A stretch of 64,000 bases of DNA from Candidatus Iainarchaeum sp. (GCA_043809245.1 JAZDDZ010000023.1:2821-66820), one strand, 5' to 3'; positions 26,930 through 37,068 are shown, counted from the stretch's first letter. Notes: generated from the letters alone by a model not told the origin. Numbers and translations: made by a program.

Positions 26930-28193
26930 CTTTCAAAAAATGCGTTGCACAGCTCATACAGGGGTCATAGGCGCGCAAAAGCTTCTCCAGCTCGTGCTCT
27001 ATGTCATGCTTTGGCTTTGAAAGGATTTTTGGCACCATTGTTGCAACGTCTTTTTCAAAATTAATCGAGTTCTGCGCAGTTGGGATAACAATGTTTGAAT
27101 TTGAAACGTTTCCTTTCGCGTCAAGCGTGACTGCATAGTAAAGCGTTCCGCGCGGCGCCTCAACTACCCCGACTCCCTGGCCCGCCTTGGGGGTTATCTG
27201 CGGCGGCTTTTCAGGCTGAAAATCAGTTGATTCAAGAAGCTCAATTGAATAATCAATGCAGTGAAGGATTTCAATCGATTGCGCCAGCATGTTGTCGAAA
27301 ACGTCTTCGCTGGGAAAGCGCTTCAGGAATTTTTGCGCGTCCTTTTTTGTATCCTTGTGCAATGCACCCCTGTTCTGGTTCATGCGCGCAAGCGCTCCCA
27401 CCATAAAAGGCTTGCCTTCGAACTTGAAGTAAGTGGAAGTGGAATAAGGCATTATTACACGGTGCAAATGTTCCCAGTAATTTATTTCAGGAATGCATGC
27501 GCCTTCATCGCTCCTAATCTCTCCCTCCAAAAAGCTGTAATCATCAGTGCATAACGCGACATGGTTTGTTTTGCGCCTGAAGGAAAAAGGCGAATTGTAA
27601 AATACTTCAATCAGCCCGAGTATTTTTGGGCGGATTTCATTTAACTGTGAAACAACTAAGGGAATTTCCTCTTTTTTTGGCTGCGCTGAAAAGCCGCCAA
27701 TTGCTGAAAGAGTCGGATGCACTGAACGCCCTCCCACCAGCTTGCATAAATTGTTGCCAGCGGTTTTCACGGCAAACGCGTCGTGCAGCCATTTCTGCAA
27801 CTTTCCGTCGAATTCAAGCACCGAATCCTTTCCGAACAAGTCAGGCATGCAGAAAAAGTACAGGTGAAGCGCATGGTCCCTTATGTTCAGGCCGTTCATC
27901 AAAAGCTTTCGCTGAACCATTGTTTGGGAGGAAGGTTTGACGCCAAGGGCCTTTTCAACCGCCTCGGTTGATGCAAGGAGGTGCGCGACACTGCACGTGC
28001 CGCAAATCCTTGAAACCGTTGGAGGCACAACTGCAAATGGCTTTCCCTTTATTGCCTGCATAAAAAACCTCTTGTTTTCGCTTATGCGGAGCTCGGCGTG
28101 CTCGACTTTTTTGCCCCTTAATTTAACGGTTAGGTGCGTATGACCCTCAATCTTTGAAATGTTCTTGATTGAAATTTCCGAAACCTTATGCAT
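26916..28193 (-). CDS. [NiFe]-hydrogenase large subunit
   Basis: N-terminal RICGTCSVAH (RxCGxCxxxH) and C-terminal DPCMSCATH (DPCxxCxxH) Ni-Fe ligand motifs. 425 aa. Confidence 0.85.
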   Translation of the reverse strand: MHKVSEISIKNISKIEGHTHLTVKLRGKKVEHAELRISENKRFFMQAIKGKPFAVVPPTVSRICGTCSVAHLLASTEAVEKALGVKPSSQTMVQRKLLMNGLNIRDHALHLYFFCMPDLFGKDSVLEFDGKLQKWLHDAFAVKTAGNNLCKLVGGRSVHPTLSAIGGFSAQPKKEEIPLVVSQLNEIRPKILGLIEVFYNSPFSFRRKTNHVALCTDDYSFLEGEIRSDEGACIPEINYWEHLHRVIMPYSTSTYFKFEGKPFMVGALARMNQNRGALHKDTKKDAQKFLKRFPSEDVFDNMLAQSIEILHCIDYSIELLESTDFQPEKPPQITPKAGQGVGVVEAPRGTLYYAVTLDAKGNVSNSNIVIPTAQNSINFEKDVATMVPKILSKPKHDIEHELEKLLRAYDPCMSCATHFLKVKWI

Positions 28194-28677
28194 TGGCCTT
28201 CACCACCCCGAATTCCTGCAGGAATTTTCCCATGGATTCAACGAATTTTCCCTCGTCTATCGGGCAGCCAAAAACCTCTGCATCCACTTTCACAAGGTCT
28301 TTTAGCGCAAGCACTTTTTTAAGCTGGTGGAATTTTTTCACCAGAAAATCAATCTCTTTTTTCTGCGCGGGAGAAAACTGGTTCCTTTGCGCAGAGTAAT
28401 GCCCCATTATCGCGCACTGCCCCAAAGCGACAAGGCGCCTGCTTTCCTTTCGAATGTGCTTGAGCTTCACTTCCTCGCTTGGCGTGCTGATTGCCCCTTC
28501 AATGAATGCCACGTCAAGGTTTTCAGGGGAATTTTTTTTCTTCAGCTGGCGGCAGTATGCGATGTCAAGCAACGGCAGCCACTCGTGGTAATGCGTGTTC
28601 AGGATTTCAAGAAGATAGACTATGCAGCCTTCATCGCATGTGAAGGAAAAAAAACCAACGCGAAGCTTTTTCTGCAT
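28186..28677 (-). CDS. [NiFe]-hydrogenase small subunit (NuoB-like, proximal cluster only)
   Basis: Four Cys in NuoB/small-subunit arrangement (FTCDEGC, GQCAIMG, GCPI). The track ORF extends to 28743 and overlaps the GDH gene. The internal ATG (MQKKLRVGFF) is chosen. An 8-nt overlap with the large-subunit gene suggests an operon. Confidence 0.65.
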   Translation of the reverse strand: MQKKLRVGFFSFTCDEGCIVYLLEILNTHYHEWLPLLDIAYCRQLKKKNSPENLDVAFIEGAISTPSEEVKLKHIRKESRRLVALGQCAIMGHYSAQRNQFSPAQKKEIDFLVKKFHQLKKVLALKDLVKVDAEVFGCPIDEGKFVESMGKFLQEFGVVKANA

Positions 28678-28690
28678 TTTTTTGCCCACT

Positions 28691-29848
28691 TCAAATCCTG
28701 CATTCCCTACATTTCGCAAGAACCCTTTTTTTCGCGATTTCAAAAGCGGTTTCCCTCGGGCTTTTTCCTGTTTTTTCGGACTGCTTTAGCACAAGCTCCG
28801 TGTTTTTGCTGATTTTTTCCTCAACAAGCTTGAACATGGTTTTTGCTGTGCCGCCCTTGAATTCCACGTAACTGCTTATGACGCCGCCCGCGTTTGCTAC
28901 AAAGTCCGGAACGACAAGAATTCCTGCCTTTGCCATTTTTTCCTCTATTTCGCGTGTTGCCGGAATGTTCGAGCCTTCTACTACAATGCTTGCCTTTATG
29001 CCTGAATAATTCTGCTCTGTGATGAGGTTAGGCATTGCCGCGGTGATTAGCAAATCAACATGCGAGTCTACTATTTCTTCGCAGGCAAGCTTTTCTCCGC
29101 GCTTGTAGTTTATCACCGAACCTGTTTCAGCCTTGACTTTTTCAAGCTCCTTGAAGTCTATTCCGTCTCCATGGTTGAACATGCAGCCCTTTGAATCCGA
29201 AACCGCTACAAGCTTTGCCCCCTGTTCTGTTAGGAATTTTGCGGCAAAAGTGCCGACATTTCCAAAGCCTTCCACGGCTATTTCAACGCCTTTAACTCCC
29301 ATTCCCTTGTGCTTTAATGCGACAAGCGCCGCATGGTATACGCCAAAGCCTGTGCTGCCAAGCTCATGGGGCAAACCCCCCATGTCAGCCGGCTTTCCAG
29401 TGCAGCTCTTAAGTGACCCATTTGCATTTGCAAAAATCCGCATCTCTTCCTCAGCCATGTTTATGTCCGGCGCGGCAATGTATAGGCTCGGGCAGGCGTT
29501 CTTCAGCGCCTTTGAAAACGAGGCAACTATTTCCTGCTTCTTTTTCTGTGACATCTTCCTGTCATCGGCAATTATTCCTGATTTTGCTCCGCCAAAGGGA
29601 AGGTCAGCCAAAGCATTTTTCCAGGTCATTGTCCTTGCAAGCTTGAATACCTCCTCGCGGTCAACTGTCGGCGTCATCCTGATGCCGCCCTTGCCTGGCC
29701 CCAAGGCCGTGTTGTCAATCACAAGGATTCCCCGCATGCCAACCCTTGCATTGTATACCTCGATTATTCTCTCCGGGCCAAAAACATCAAATTCAACCAT
29801 CAGCTCACCTCTCGCTCCATGAAAACGCACTGAAAAAAATAAGAGCAA
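28691..29848 (-). CDS. Glu/Leu/Phe/Val-family amino-acid dehydrogenase (glutamate dehydrogenase-like)
   Basis: GILVIDNTALGPGKGGIRM...DLPFGGAKSGI catalytic block and an NAD(P) Rossmann domain (GFGNVG). Confidence 0.85.
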   Translation of the reverse strand: MLLFFSVRFHGARGELMVEFDVFGPERIIEVYNARVGMRGILVIDNTALGPGKGGIRMTPTVDREEVFKLARTMTWKNALADLPFGGAKSGIIADDRKMSQKKKQEIVASFSKALKNACPSLYIAAPDINMAEEEMRIFANANGSLKSCTGKPADMGGLPHELGSTGFGVYHAALVALKHKGMGVKGVEIAVEGFGNVGTFAAKFLTEQGAKLVAVSDSKGCMFNHGDGIDFKELEKVKAETGSVINYKRGEKLACEEIVDSHVDLLITAAMPNLITEQNYSGIKASIVVEGSNIPATREIEEKMAKAGILVVPDFVANAGGVISSYVEFKGGTAKTMFKLVEEKISKNTELVLKQSEKTGKSPRETAFEIAKKRVLAKCRECRI

Positions 29849-29873
29849 AGGGATAATATTTGTTTCGGCTTGC

Positions 29874-30563
29874 TCAGCCTTTTTTCTGCAGGTAAGCCGT
29901 TGAATAGTAATCGCAGAACGCCGTGTTCATGCACGCTTCACAGCGCGGGTTTCTCGGCAGGCAAATCCTTTGCCCGAATTTGACCATCAATTCATTCAGT
30001 TCAATCCAGAATTTTTTAGGGATTAGTTTCATCAGCGCCTGCTCTGTCTGTTCAGGGGTTTTGGTTTTCACCAAGCCAATGCGGTTGCTTATCCTGTGAA
30101 CGTGGACGTCAACCGGAATCGCGGGCTTCATGAAGGAAAAAACAAGCACACAGTTTGCTGTTTTTCTTCCGACCCCGGGAAGGGAAAGCAAATCAGCCAT
30201 GTTTGAGGGGGTTTTCCCATTGAATTCATTCAAAATTTTTTTCGCAATCCCCTTCACGCGTTTTGCTTTCACGCGGTAGAAGCCTGCTGGCCTGATTAAC
30301 TTCTCGACTTTTTTCAGAGGAGCAACTGCAAGCGATTTCGCGTTTGGGTAATGCGTGAAAAGCTGTTTTGCTGCCTTGGCTGTGTTTGCGTCTTTTGTGC
30401 GCGCGGAAAGAACAGTTGCAATCAGGGTCTGAAACGGGCTTTTGTGCCATATGGCTGGAGTGCTTTTGCCAATCATCCTGCGCAGGTTTTTCACTAGCGG
30501 AATCGCAAACTTTTTTTTCTGCAAGAAACCAGCCTCATACAAGGCATATTTTAGGGGGGTCAT
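29874..30563 (-). CDS. nth: Endonuclease III (Nth; HhH-GPD with [4Fe-4S] loop)
   Basis: [13 protein letters not shown] HhH-GPD motif and C-terminal [17 protein letters not shown] cluster loop. Confidence 0.85.
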   Translation of the reverse strand: MTPLKYALYEAGFLQKKKFAIPLVKNLRRMIGKSTPAIWHKSPFQTLIATVLSARTKDANTAKAAKQLFTHYPNAKSLAVAPLKKVEKLIRPAGFYRVKAKRVKGIAKKILNEFNGKTPSNMADLLSLPGVGRKTANCVLVFSFMKPAIPVDVHVHRISNRIGLVKTKTPEQTEQALMKLIPKKFWIELNELMVKFGQRICLPRNPRCEACMNTAFCDYYSTAYLQKKG

Positions 30564-31551
30564 GCAGCAGCTCGTGAAGGAGTTCGATTGACTGCATTAT
30601 GTCGCGCTTGTGCGCAATGCCTACAGTTGTGTGCAGGTTCCTTATCGGAACAGTTATTACCGAAGCGGGAACGCCTTCCTTTGAAAGTGAAATCGCCAGT
30701 GCATCGGTTGTGCCAAAGGACGCGACTTCCACTTGCAATGGAATTTTATGCTTTTTCGCTATTTCCTTAATCCAGCCGTTAATGCATTTATTGCCGATGA
30801 GATCAGAGTCTTTTGCGGTAATGCATGGGCCACAGCCAATGCGCTTTGTCGGGGTTTCGGCACTGTCGTTTGCATTAGTTACATCAACAACAATTGCCCA
30901 GTCAGGCTCTATTTCATATGCGGATGTTTTTGCGCCGTAAAGCCCGAGTTCCTCTTGCACAGTGAATGCGTAGAAGATTTCATTCTGGTGTGATTTCAGT
31001 TTTTTTGCAAGCTCTATGAGGATGAAGCAGCCAATGCGGTCATCAAGTGCCTTTCCAAAAATTACATTTTCGTTTCCAAGATATCCGTTCTGCTGCGTAA
31101 GTTCAAGCGTGTCTCCAGGCCCTACCCCCAATTCCTCTAACTCTTTTTTTGAAAGCCCTGTGTCAACGAAAAGCTCGTACATTTCGGGAATGCCGTTGAT
31201 TTTGTGGTCATTGCTTAATTCCTTGAATGAGATAATCCCGTGAATTATTCCGCTCTTTGCCTTTATCCTGACCCTCTGGCCTGTAATCGAAATCACTTCT
31301 ATCCCGCCAAGCTCGGAAACCATTAGTTTCCCTTCGCTTGTTATGCCCTTAACCATCAATCCGATTTCATCCATGTGCGCAGCAAGCATTACTTTGGGCC
31401 TTTTGCCTTTCTTGTGCGCTATAAGGTTTCCCATCTTATCAACAAATACCTCGTCAACAAACGGCTTGATTTCCTCCTTAATTATTTCCCTGACGTTTTC
31501 CTCGCTTCCGCTTACGCCTGAAGCCTCCATCAGCTTGAATAAAAGTTCCAT
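30535..31551 (-). CDS. M42-family (TET/FrvX-like) aminopeptidase
   Basis: [13 protein letters not shown] and the overall M42 layout. 338 aa. Confidence 0.8.
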   Translation of the reverse strand: MELLFKLMEASGVSGSEENVREIIKEEIKPFVDEVFVDKMGNLIAHKKGKRPKVMLAAHMDEIGLMVKGITSEGKLMVSELGGIEVISITGQRVRIKAKSGIIHGIISFKELSNDHKINGIPEMYELFVDTGLSKKELEELGVGPGDTLELTQQNGYLGNENVIFGKALDDRIGCFILIELAKKLKSHQNEIFYAFTVQEELGLYGAKTSAYEIEPDWAIVVDVTNANDSAETPTKRIGCGPCITAKDSDLIGNKCINGWIKEIAKKHKIPLQVEVASFGTTDALAISLSKEGVPASVITVPIRNLHTTVGIAHKRDIMQSIELLHELLHDPPKICLV

Positions 31552-31562
31552 TCATTTCACCT

Positions 31563-32879
31563 CTAAATTGTTGCCTCGGAAATTGATTCCTCTATTATTT
31601 CAAGGCCTTTTTCAGCCAATTGTTTGCCCAAAATCAATGGGGGACAAATTCTTATAACGCTTTGCCCCGCAGGCAAAAGAAGCAGCCCTTTCTCCGCGGC
31701 TTTGCATAGTATGGCGCTTCTTTCCTTTTTGGCTATCTGCTTTGTTTGCCTGTTTTTCACCAATTCCAAGCCAATCATCAGGCCTTTGCCCCTCACGTCG
31801 CCAATAAGCGGCTGGCTTAACTGCATTTCCTCGAATGCTTCAAGCATTAATGCGCCGATTTTTTTCGCATTCTCCCCAAGTTTTTTTTTCACCATGAAGT
31901 CAAGCGCGGCCGAGCCTGCTGCGCAGGCGAGAAGGTTTCCACCGAAAGTATTTGCATGCGCTCCAGGAACCCAATCCATTGTTTTGGATGACGCAACCGT
32001 GACACCGATTGGAATGCCGCCGCCAATTGCCTTGCTCAAGGAAACAATGTCAGGCTTTACCCCGAACTGTGAAACCGCGAGAAAGCCTCCTGTGCGGAAG
32101 CAACCGCTCTGAACCTCGTCAACTGCAAGAAGCGCGCCGTATTCATTGCATAATTTGCGCAGCTCCACAACAAATTCTTTTGGCGGCACAACATAGCCCG
32201 GTTCCCCGGCAATCGGCTCGAAGAAAACACCCGCAAGGTCGCCTTTCACAGAGCGCATTGTTTTCTCCAAGGCAGCAAGGCATTCAATGGAACAGCTTTC
32301 CCTTTTTTTTCCAACAGGGCAGCGGTAACAGTAAGGGTATGGAACGTGCTTTACGGGAAGGAAAGGCGCAAAGCGCTCCCTTTGCACTGGAGAAGAATTT
32401 GTCAGCGAAAGCGCACCCATTGTGCGGCCGTGAAATGATGGCTTGAATGCAATGCACCATTTTTTGTTTGAATGCCAGCGCGCAAGCTTGTAGGCTGCCT
32501 CAACGCTTTCAGCGCCGGAATTCGAGAAAAAAACGCAGTCAATGCCTTTTGGCATAACTGAAACAATTTTTTCCGCAAACCGGACCGGGGTTTCAGCGTA
32601 AAAGTCCGAGAAGCCGCAGTGTGTTGCAAAACGCATTTGCGCTTTCATCGCATTAATTACCGACGGATTTGTGTGGCCAACGTTTGCAACCGCAACCCCT
32701 GCCGCAAAGTCAAGGTATTTCCTGGCATCAACATCCCACACATGGCAGCCCTTTGCCTTTTTGAAAACAAAAGAATACTCGCGTGTAAGGGATGGGGAGA
32801 CTGATGCTGCGTCGCGTTCAAGTATTTTCACGCTTTTCGGGCCCGGCTTCCTGCAGATGAACTTGATTTTTTTAGGCAT
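31563..32879 (-). CDS. Class III PLP-dependent aminotransferase (GABA/ornithine aminotransferase-like)
   Basis: Class III fold with the LAVDEVQSGCFRTG and SLSKAIGGG (PLP-Lys) motifs. Confidence 0.8.
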   Translation of the reverse strand: MPKKIKFICRKPGPKSVKILERDAASVSPSLTREYSFVFKKAKGCHVWDVDARKYLDFAAGVAVANVGHTNPSVINAMKAQMRFATHCGFSDFYAETPVRFAEKIVSVMPKGIDCVFFSNSGAESVEAAYKLARWHSNKKWCIAFKPSFHGRTMGALSLTNSSPVQRERFAPFLPVKHVPYPYCYRCPVGKKRESCSIECLAALEKTMRSVKGDLAGVFFEPIAGEPGYVVPPKEFVVELRKLCNEYGALLAVDEVQSGCFRTGGFLAVSQFGVKPDIVSLSKAIGGGIPIGVTVASSKTMDWVPGAHANTFGGNLLACAAGSAALDFMVKKKLGENAKKIGALMLEAFEEMQLSQPLIGDVRGKGLMIGLELVKNRQTKQIAKKERSAILCKAAEKGLLLLPAGQSVIRICPPLILGKQLAEKGLEIIEESISEATI

Positions 32880-32899
32880 TAAAAACTCCTTTCATTTTT

Positions 32900-34363
32900 C
32901 TAAACGTCAATCTGCGCCCTCTGCAGCTTTCCGGAAAAATCCACGTAAACAGATTTCACTTCCGAGAATTCCTCTATGCCGTGAATTCCCGCTTCCCTTG
33001 CTCCATTGCCAGTTCCCTTCACTCCGCCGAAAGGCAAATGGACCTCTGAGCCGATAGTGGAGGAATTGATGTAAGTTATGCCTGCCTCAATGCCTTCAAT
33101 TGCCTTGAACGCGGAGCGGATGTCCTTTGTGTAAATTGCGCTGCTCAGGCCGTATTCGACTGAATTCGCCTTTGCAATCGCGTCATCAAGCGAGCGCGCA
33201 TCAAGCAGTGAAAGCACTGGCCCGAAAATTTCCTCGCGCGCGATTTTCATTGACGTGCCGACTTTTGAAAAAATTGTTGGCGTAAAGAAAAAGCCACCCA
33301 AGCGCACCGCGTCTTTTCCGCCGCACAAAAGTTTTGCGCCTTCCTCTTTTCCGATTGAAACATATTTCGCGCATTTTTTGACTGCCGCCTCGTTGATTAG
33401 CGGGCCGGCATCTGTTTTCGCATTTAAGCCATTTCCCAGGCGCAGCCTTTTCACGCGCTTCAAAAGCATTTGCGTGAATTTTTTTGAAATCTTTTTATGC
33501 ATGATAACGCGCGATGCTGCAGTGCATCTCTGGCCAGAAGTGCCGAAGGCGCCCCAGATGACTCCGTCAAGCGCAAGCTTCAAGTCAGCGTCATCCATTA
33601 CAATTATTGCGTTTTTTCCGCCTAATTCAAGGCCTAAGCGCTTCACTCCTGCAGCTGAAAGTATGCGCTCTCCTGTTTCCTTTGAGCCGGTAAATGAAAC
33701 CGCACGGACTTTTTTGTTTTTTACCAAAGGCATTCCAACTTCCGAACCGCTTCCAGTAACAAGGTTTACAACTCCTTTTGGAATTCCTGCCTTTGAAAGC
33801 AATCCAACAAACCGAATGGCGCATAATGGGGCATCGCTTGCGGGTTTTAGCACCACGGTGTTGCCGCACACAAGTGCGGGCATTATTTTCCATGCCGGCA
33901 AAGCAATTGGAAAATTCCAGGGGGTGATCAAGCCGCACACGCCTATAGGCCGCCTTACAGTCATGCAGAACTTGTCCTGCAGTTCAGAGGTTGTTGTATG
34001 GCCGAACAGGCGCCTGCCTTCGCCTGCAAAGTATTCTGCCGTGTCAATCGCTTCCTGCACTTCTCCGCGCGCTTCCTCCAAAACCTTTCCATTTTCCTGT
34101 GTCAAAAGCCTTGAAAGCGCTTCTTTTTCGAGCTTAAGCAGTTCCGCGAAACGCAGCAGAATCCGCCCCCTTTTGGGGGCGGGAACCGAAGACCAATTTG
34201 GAAATGCTTTTTCCGCGGCGTCAACAGCTTTTTTTACATCGGCTGCGTTTCCGCTTTGGAAAACACCGACAAGCTTCTTGTTTGCAGGATTTATGTCCTT
34301 GAATGTTTTGCCGCTTTCAGAGCGAAGCCATTTCCCGCCAATGAATAAGCCGTGTTGATTCAT
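32900..34363 (-). CDS. NAD(P)-dependent aldehyde dehydrogenase (succinate-semialdehyde dehydrogenase-like)
   Basis: ALDH blocks (ELGGKNAIIV, catalytic GQRCTA, FTGS). 487 aa. Confidence 0.85.
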   Translation of the reverse strand: MNQHGLFIGGKWLRSESGKTFKDINPANKKLVGVFQSGNAADVKKAVDAAEKAFPNWSSVPAPKRGRILLRFAELLKLEKEALSRLLTQENGKVLEEARGEVQEAIDTAEYFAGEGRRLFGHTTTSELQDKFCMTVRRPIGVCGLITPWNFPIALPAWKIMPALVCGNTVVLKPASDAPLCAIRFVGLLSKAGIPKGVVNLVTGSGSEVGMPLVKNKKVRAVSFTGSKETGERILSAAGVKRLGLELGGKNAIIVMDDADLKLALDGVIWGAFGTSGQRCTAASRVIMHKKISKKFTQMLLKRVKRLRLGNGLNAKTDAGPLINEAAVKKCAKYVSIGKEEGAKLLCGGKDAVRLGGFFFTPTIFSKVGTSMKIAREEIFGPVLSLLDARSLDDAIAKANSVEYGLSSAIYTKDIRSAFKAIEGIEAGITYINSSTIGSEVHLPFGGVKGTGNGAREAGIHGIEEFSEVKSVYVDFSGKLQRAQIDV

Positions 34364-34499
34364 CGCACCGTAAAATAAAGGGTTTTTTGGTTAATATTGC
34401 TTTCCCTAAGCAGATTTCAGAAAAAGAAGGAACGCCATATCTTAAAATATCGTTGGTCGCCAGAATAATTATGGATTTATATGTTATAATTGGCATCCC

Positions 34500-35340
34500 A
34501 TCAAGTGAACTACCTGCCGCTGAAGCGGCAGGCGTCACTGGTTTAATTGAATTGTAGTAGCGTGGTTTGCGCGGGTTTGGGTTTTTCTGCTGTCCAGTGT
34601 TTTTGTTGGCTTTCTGTGACGTATTTGCGCATTGCTTCTGTTGTCACGGCTCCAACGGTTCTGTGAAAGTATCCGTCGCTCCATAACTGGTCGCCATACA
34701 AATCGTGCACTGCGAGTCTTACGGGATATTTTTGGCGGATGTGCCTTGAACTCGCGCCTTTGAATCTCTGCGCGAGCTGTGCAATGCTGTGGTTTTTCCA
34801 GTTTGAAACAAACACGTGCGCGTGGTCAGGCCCAATGCCAATGCCTGACAACTGGACATTCAATTTTGTGGCTATTCGTTTGAACTCTTCCTCGCATTCA
34901 GCGCGTACATCCTTGTCTTTGAATATTTTTTTCCTATACTTTGGCGTGAACTGCAAATGCAAGTTCGATTCGCCAACACAGTGCGCGTATCTCGTCAACT
35001 TTATTTCAGATTTCATGATTTTTTTCAACTCCCGAGAAAACAGCACTGTTTTTGAAAGCTATCGCTACACAAAAATATACAAGTAAGGCGCGGGTTAGCG
35101 CGCGAAGCGCGCCCGCGCCGGTTTAGTGCTTTTTCTCGAACAACATTTACAGAATTAGTGCGTTTAAGGGGACCATCTGGCTGTTCCCCTTAACAACCCC
35201 TTACCAAAGCCTCGATTCATCTATCCCCTAAAGGGGATAAAGGTTTCTCTCGGCAACGGAACTAATGAAGCCGCGCTCATTAAAAAAGCTATAGAGGGGG
35301 GGCATACGTTTTAAATTTTAGTTCTAGTGAACGCGACATC
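34500..35340 (-). mobile_element. IS200-type element (tnpA with subterminal hairpins)
   Basis: Perfect hairpin cctgccgc-tgaa-gcggcagg (34513-34532) directly 3' of tnpA. Several strong palindromes lie 5' of tnpA (35087-35119, 35164-35193, 35224-35239), typical of IS200 ends. Confidence 0.6.
34543..35016 (-). CDS. tnpA: IS200/IS605-family TnpA (HUH Y1 transposase)
   Basis: HUH motif PDHAHVFVS and the catalytic Tyr region SDGYFHRTVG. The track ORF starts 10 codons earlier. Confidence 0.8.
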   Translation of the reverse strand: MKSEIKLTRYAHCVGESNLHLQFTPKYRKKIFKDKDVRAECEEEFKRIATKLNVQLSGIGIGPDHAHVFVSNWKNHSIAQLAQRFKGASSRHIRQKYPVRLAVHDLYGDQLWSDGYFHRTVGAVTTEAMRKYVTESQQKHWTAEKPKPAQTTLLQFN

Positions 35341-35358
35341 AACAAGGGGCTAACCTGT

Positions 35359-35715
35359 TTGAAAAAAGCAAATATTAAAATCCCCCATGATAACTATTTT
35401 GTTATCAGGGCTAATCATAACCTAGTTAATCCTGACAAAGGAATTTTTACCACGCAATTTAAAGTCTACTCAGCCGCGTTTGATTTTGTGTTGGAGTGGT
35501 TGCCGAAAGTTTCAAAAGATGAAAAAATTAATTTAGTTGTAGCGCGAAGAAACCATCCCTATCTCAAGACTATGTTGCCAGGTATCGAACAGGCTCTTTG
35601 GATTCATTACAACGCCAAAATTAGTACGCATTACTTGAGCTCTGTTAAAGCTCTACCCCGGCTCCGCCGAGCTATGCAAAGACTAATACCGCGCACTCCA
35701 AGACATATAAAATAG
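35359..35715 (+). CDS. Hypothetical protein (low-GC, next to IS200)
   Basis: 118-aa ORF. AT-rich with no motif. Possibly a degraded or cargo gene. Confidence 0.3.
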   Translation: MKKANIKIPHDNYFVIRANHNLVNPDKGIFTTQFKVYSAAFDFVLEWLPKVSKDEKINLVVARRNHPYLKTMLPGIEQALWIHYNAKISTHYLSSVKALPRLRRAMQRLIPRTPRHIK

Positions 35716-35870
35716 CAACAAACGGTTACTTCACTCATCAAATTATTTATTTTATTTTCTGCATCCGTAGTTGACCCAGATACGGCGGATAAGCTAACAC
35801 AACATATTTGTTCACCCAATCCGAACTTCTTGAACAAATCACTTATATTCTGTTAATGCATAACTTCAAT

Positions 35871-36035
35871 ATGGTGAAAATCAGGAAAGCCAGCTTGCAA
35901 AATGTGCCCTCGCTTGTGAAATTAGGGGTTGAATTCATGAAAGATCACGACACCGCAGCCCTTAAAAGGAACAAGAAGCTTAAACCATTTCTCGCCAAAA
36001 ATAATTCCGCCACAAAAAGGCAGGGGCTTTTTTGA
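35871..36035 (+). pseudogene. Truncated GNAT acetyltransferase N-terminal fragment
   Basis: MVKIRKASLQNVPSLVKLGVEFMKDHD resembles the N-terminus of GNAT N-acetyltransferases. The ORF ends after about 55 aa in an AT-rich decayed region. Confidence 0.35.
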
Positions 36036-36062
36036 TTACACGCTGGAAATGCACAAAGAGAT

Positions 36063-37061
36063 TTAATATTGCTTTCCTTCCGGCTGCTTGAGGCTTAAGC
36101 CGAATTTTTCAAGGAATTCAGTAGGGGGAATTGAGCCAACCAGCACGAAAACAAAGTCATTTTCCAGTTTCATTGTAGTGCCGCGCTGTTCAAGTTCAAC
36201 TGTTTTTTCGCCAATGCGCTTGATGCTGGAATTGAATAAAACTTCAATTTGCTCTTCCGCGATTTTTTGCCCAAGCGCATTGTAATTCTCCTCGCCAACG
36301 CGGAAAAAGCCTTGCTTGCGGTAGGAAATTATGACTTCGTTTTTTTCGCTTAATGCAAGCGTTGCCTCTATTGCCGTGTTGCCCCCTCCGACCACGAGAA
36401 TTTTTTTTCCGGAAAATTTTTCAGGGTGAGTTAACTCGTGGAAAACTTTTGGAAGGCTTTCGCCTTCAATCCCGAGGCGCTTCGGGTTTGAGGCGGTTCC
36501 AAAGGCAAGCAGAACTGTTTTGGACCGATATGTTTCTGTTGCAGTTTTAACCTCAAATAATTCCGCGTGCTTTTTTACGCTCTGGACTTCCTCGCCTTCC
36601 CTCAAATCAATCTTCCTGCTTTTCACCTTTGAAAGCCAGAATTCAAGGAGCTTTTCTTTTTTCAGCTGCTTGAAATCAAGGGGGCTTTTAACATTCAGGC
36701 CCTTTGGCTCTGCGGATACATTTTTGCCGGTGGGATAGTTTTGTATTGTGTTGAGGGGTTTTTCCCTTTCAAAAACAACGCAGCTAAGCCCCTTTGCTTT
36801 TGCGGTTATTGCCGCGCTCAGGCCCGCGGGGCCAGCGCCTATTACTGCAAGGTCAAATGAAGCTTCGCGCGGCTTTTGCTTTTTAACGCTTGCGGCAATT
36901 GCCTCTGCCGCAATCCTGCCCTGCTCCAGCGCGTGCCTTATCAGCCTCGGGCCGACAAGGTCGCCTGCAACAAAAAGACCGGGAATATTTGATTCAAGCG
37001 ACTGGCTTACCTCAACAAGCGATGTCCTGTTGAAATCATTTTCCAAAAGCATTTCACCCAA
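36063..37061 (-). CDS. FAD/NAD(P)-binding oxidoreductase, thioredoxin-reductase-like but lacking CxxC; apparently circularly permuted
   Basis: Two Rossmann motifs (LAVIGAGPAGLSAA, ILVVGGGNTAIEA). The GLFVAGDLVG motif usually found at the C-terminus lies at the N-terminus. Confidence 0.65.
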   Translation of the reverse strand: MGEMLLENDFNRTSLVEVSQSLESNIPGLFVAGDLVGPRLIRHALEQGRIAAEAIAASVKKQKPREASFDLAVIGAGPAGLSAAITAKAKGLSCVVFEREKPLNTIQNYPTGKNVSAEPKGLNVKSPLDFKQLKKEKLLEFWLSKVKSRKIDLREGEEVQSVKKHAELFEVKTATETYRSKTVLLAFGTASNPKRLGIEGESLPKVFHELTHPEKFSGKKILVVGGGNTAIEATLALSEKNEVIISYRKQGFFRVGEENYNALGQKIAEEQIEVLFNSSIKRIGEKTVELEQRGTTMKLENDFVFVLVGSIPPTEFLEKFGLSLKQPEGKQY

Positions 37062-37068
37062 AGAAAAA

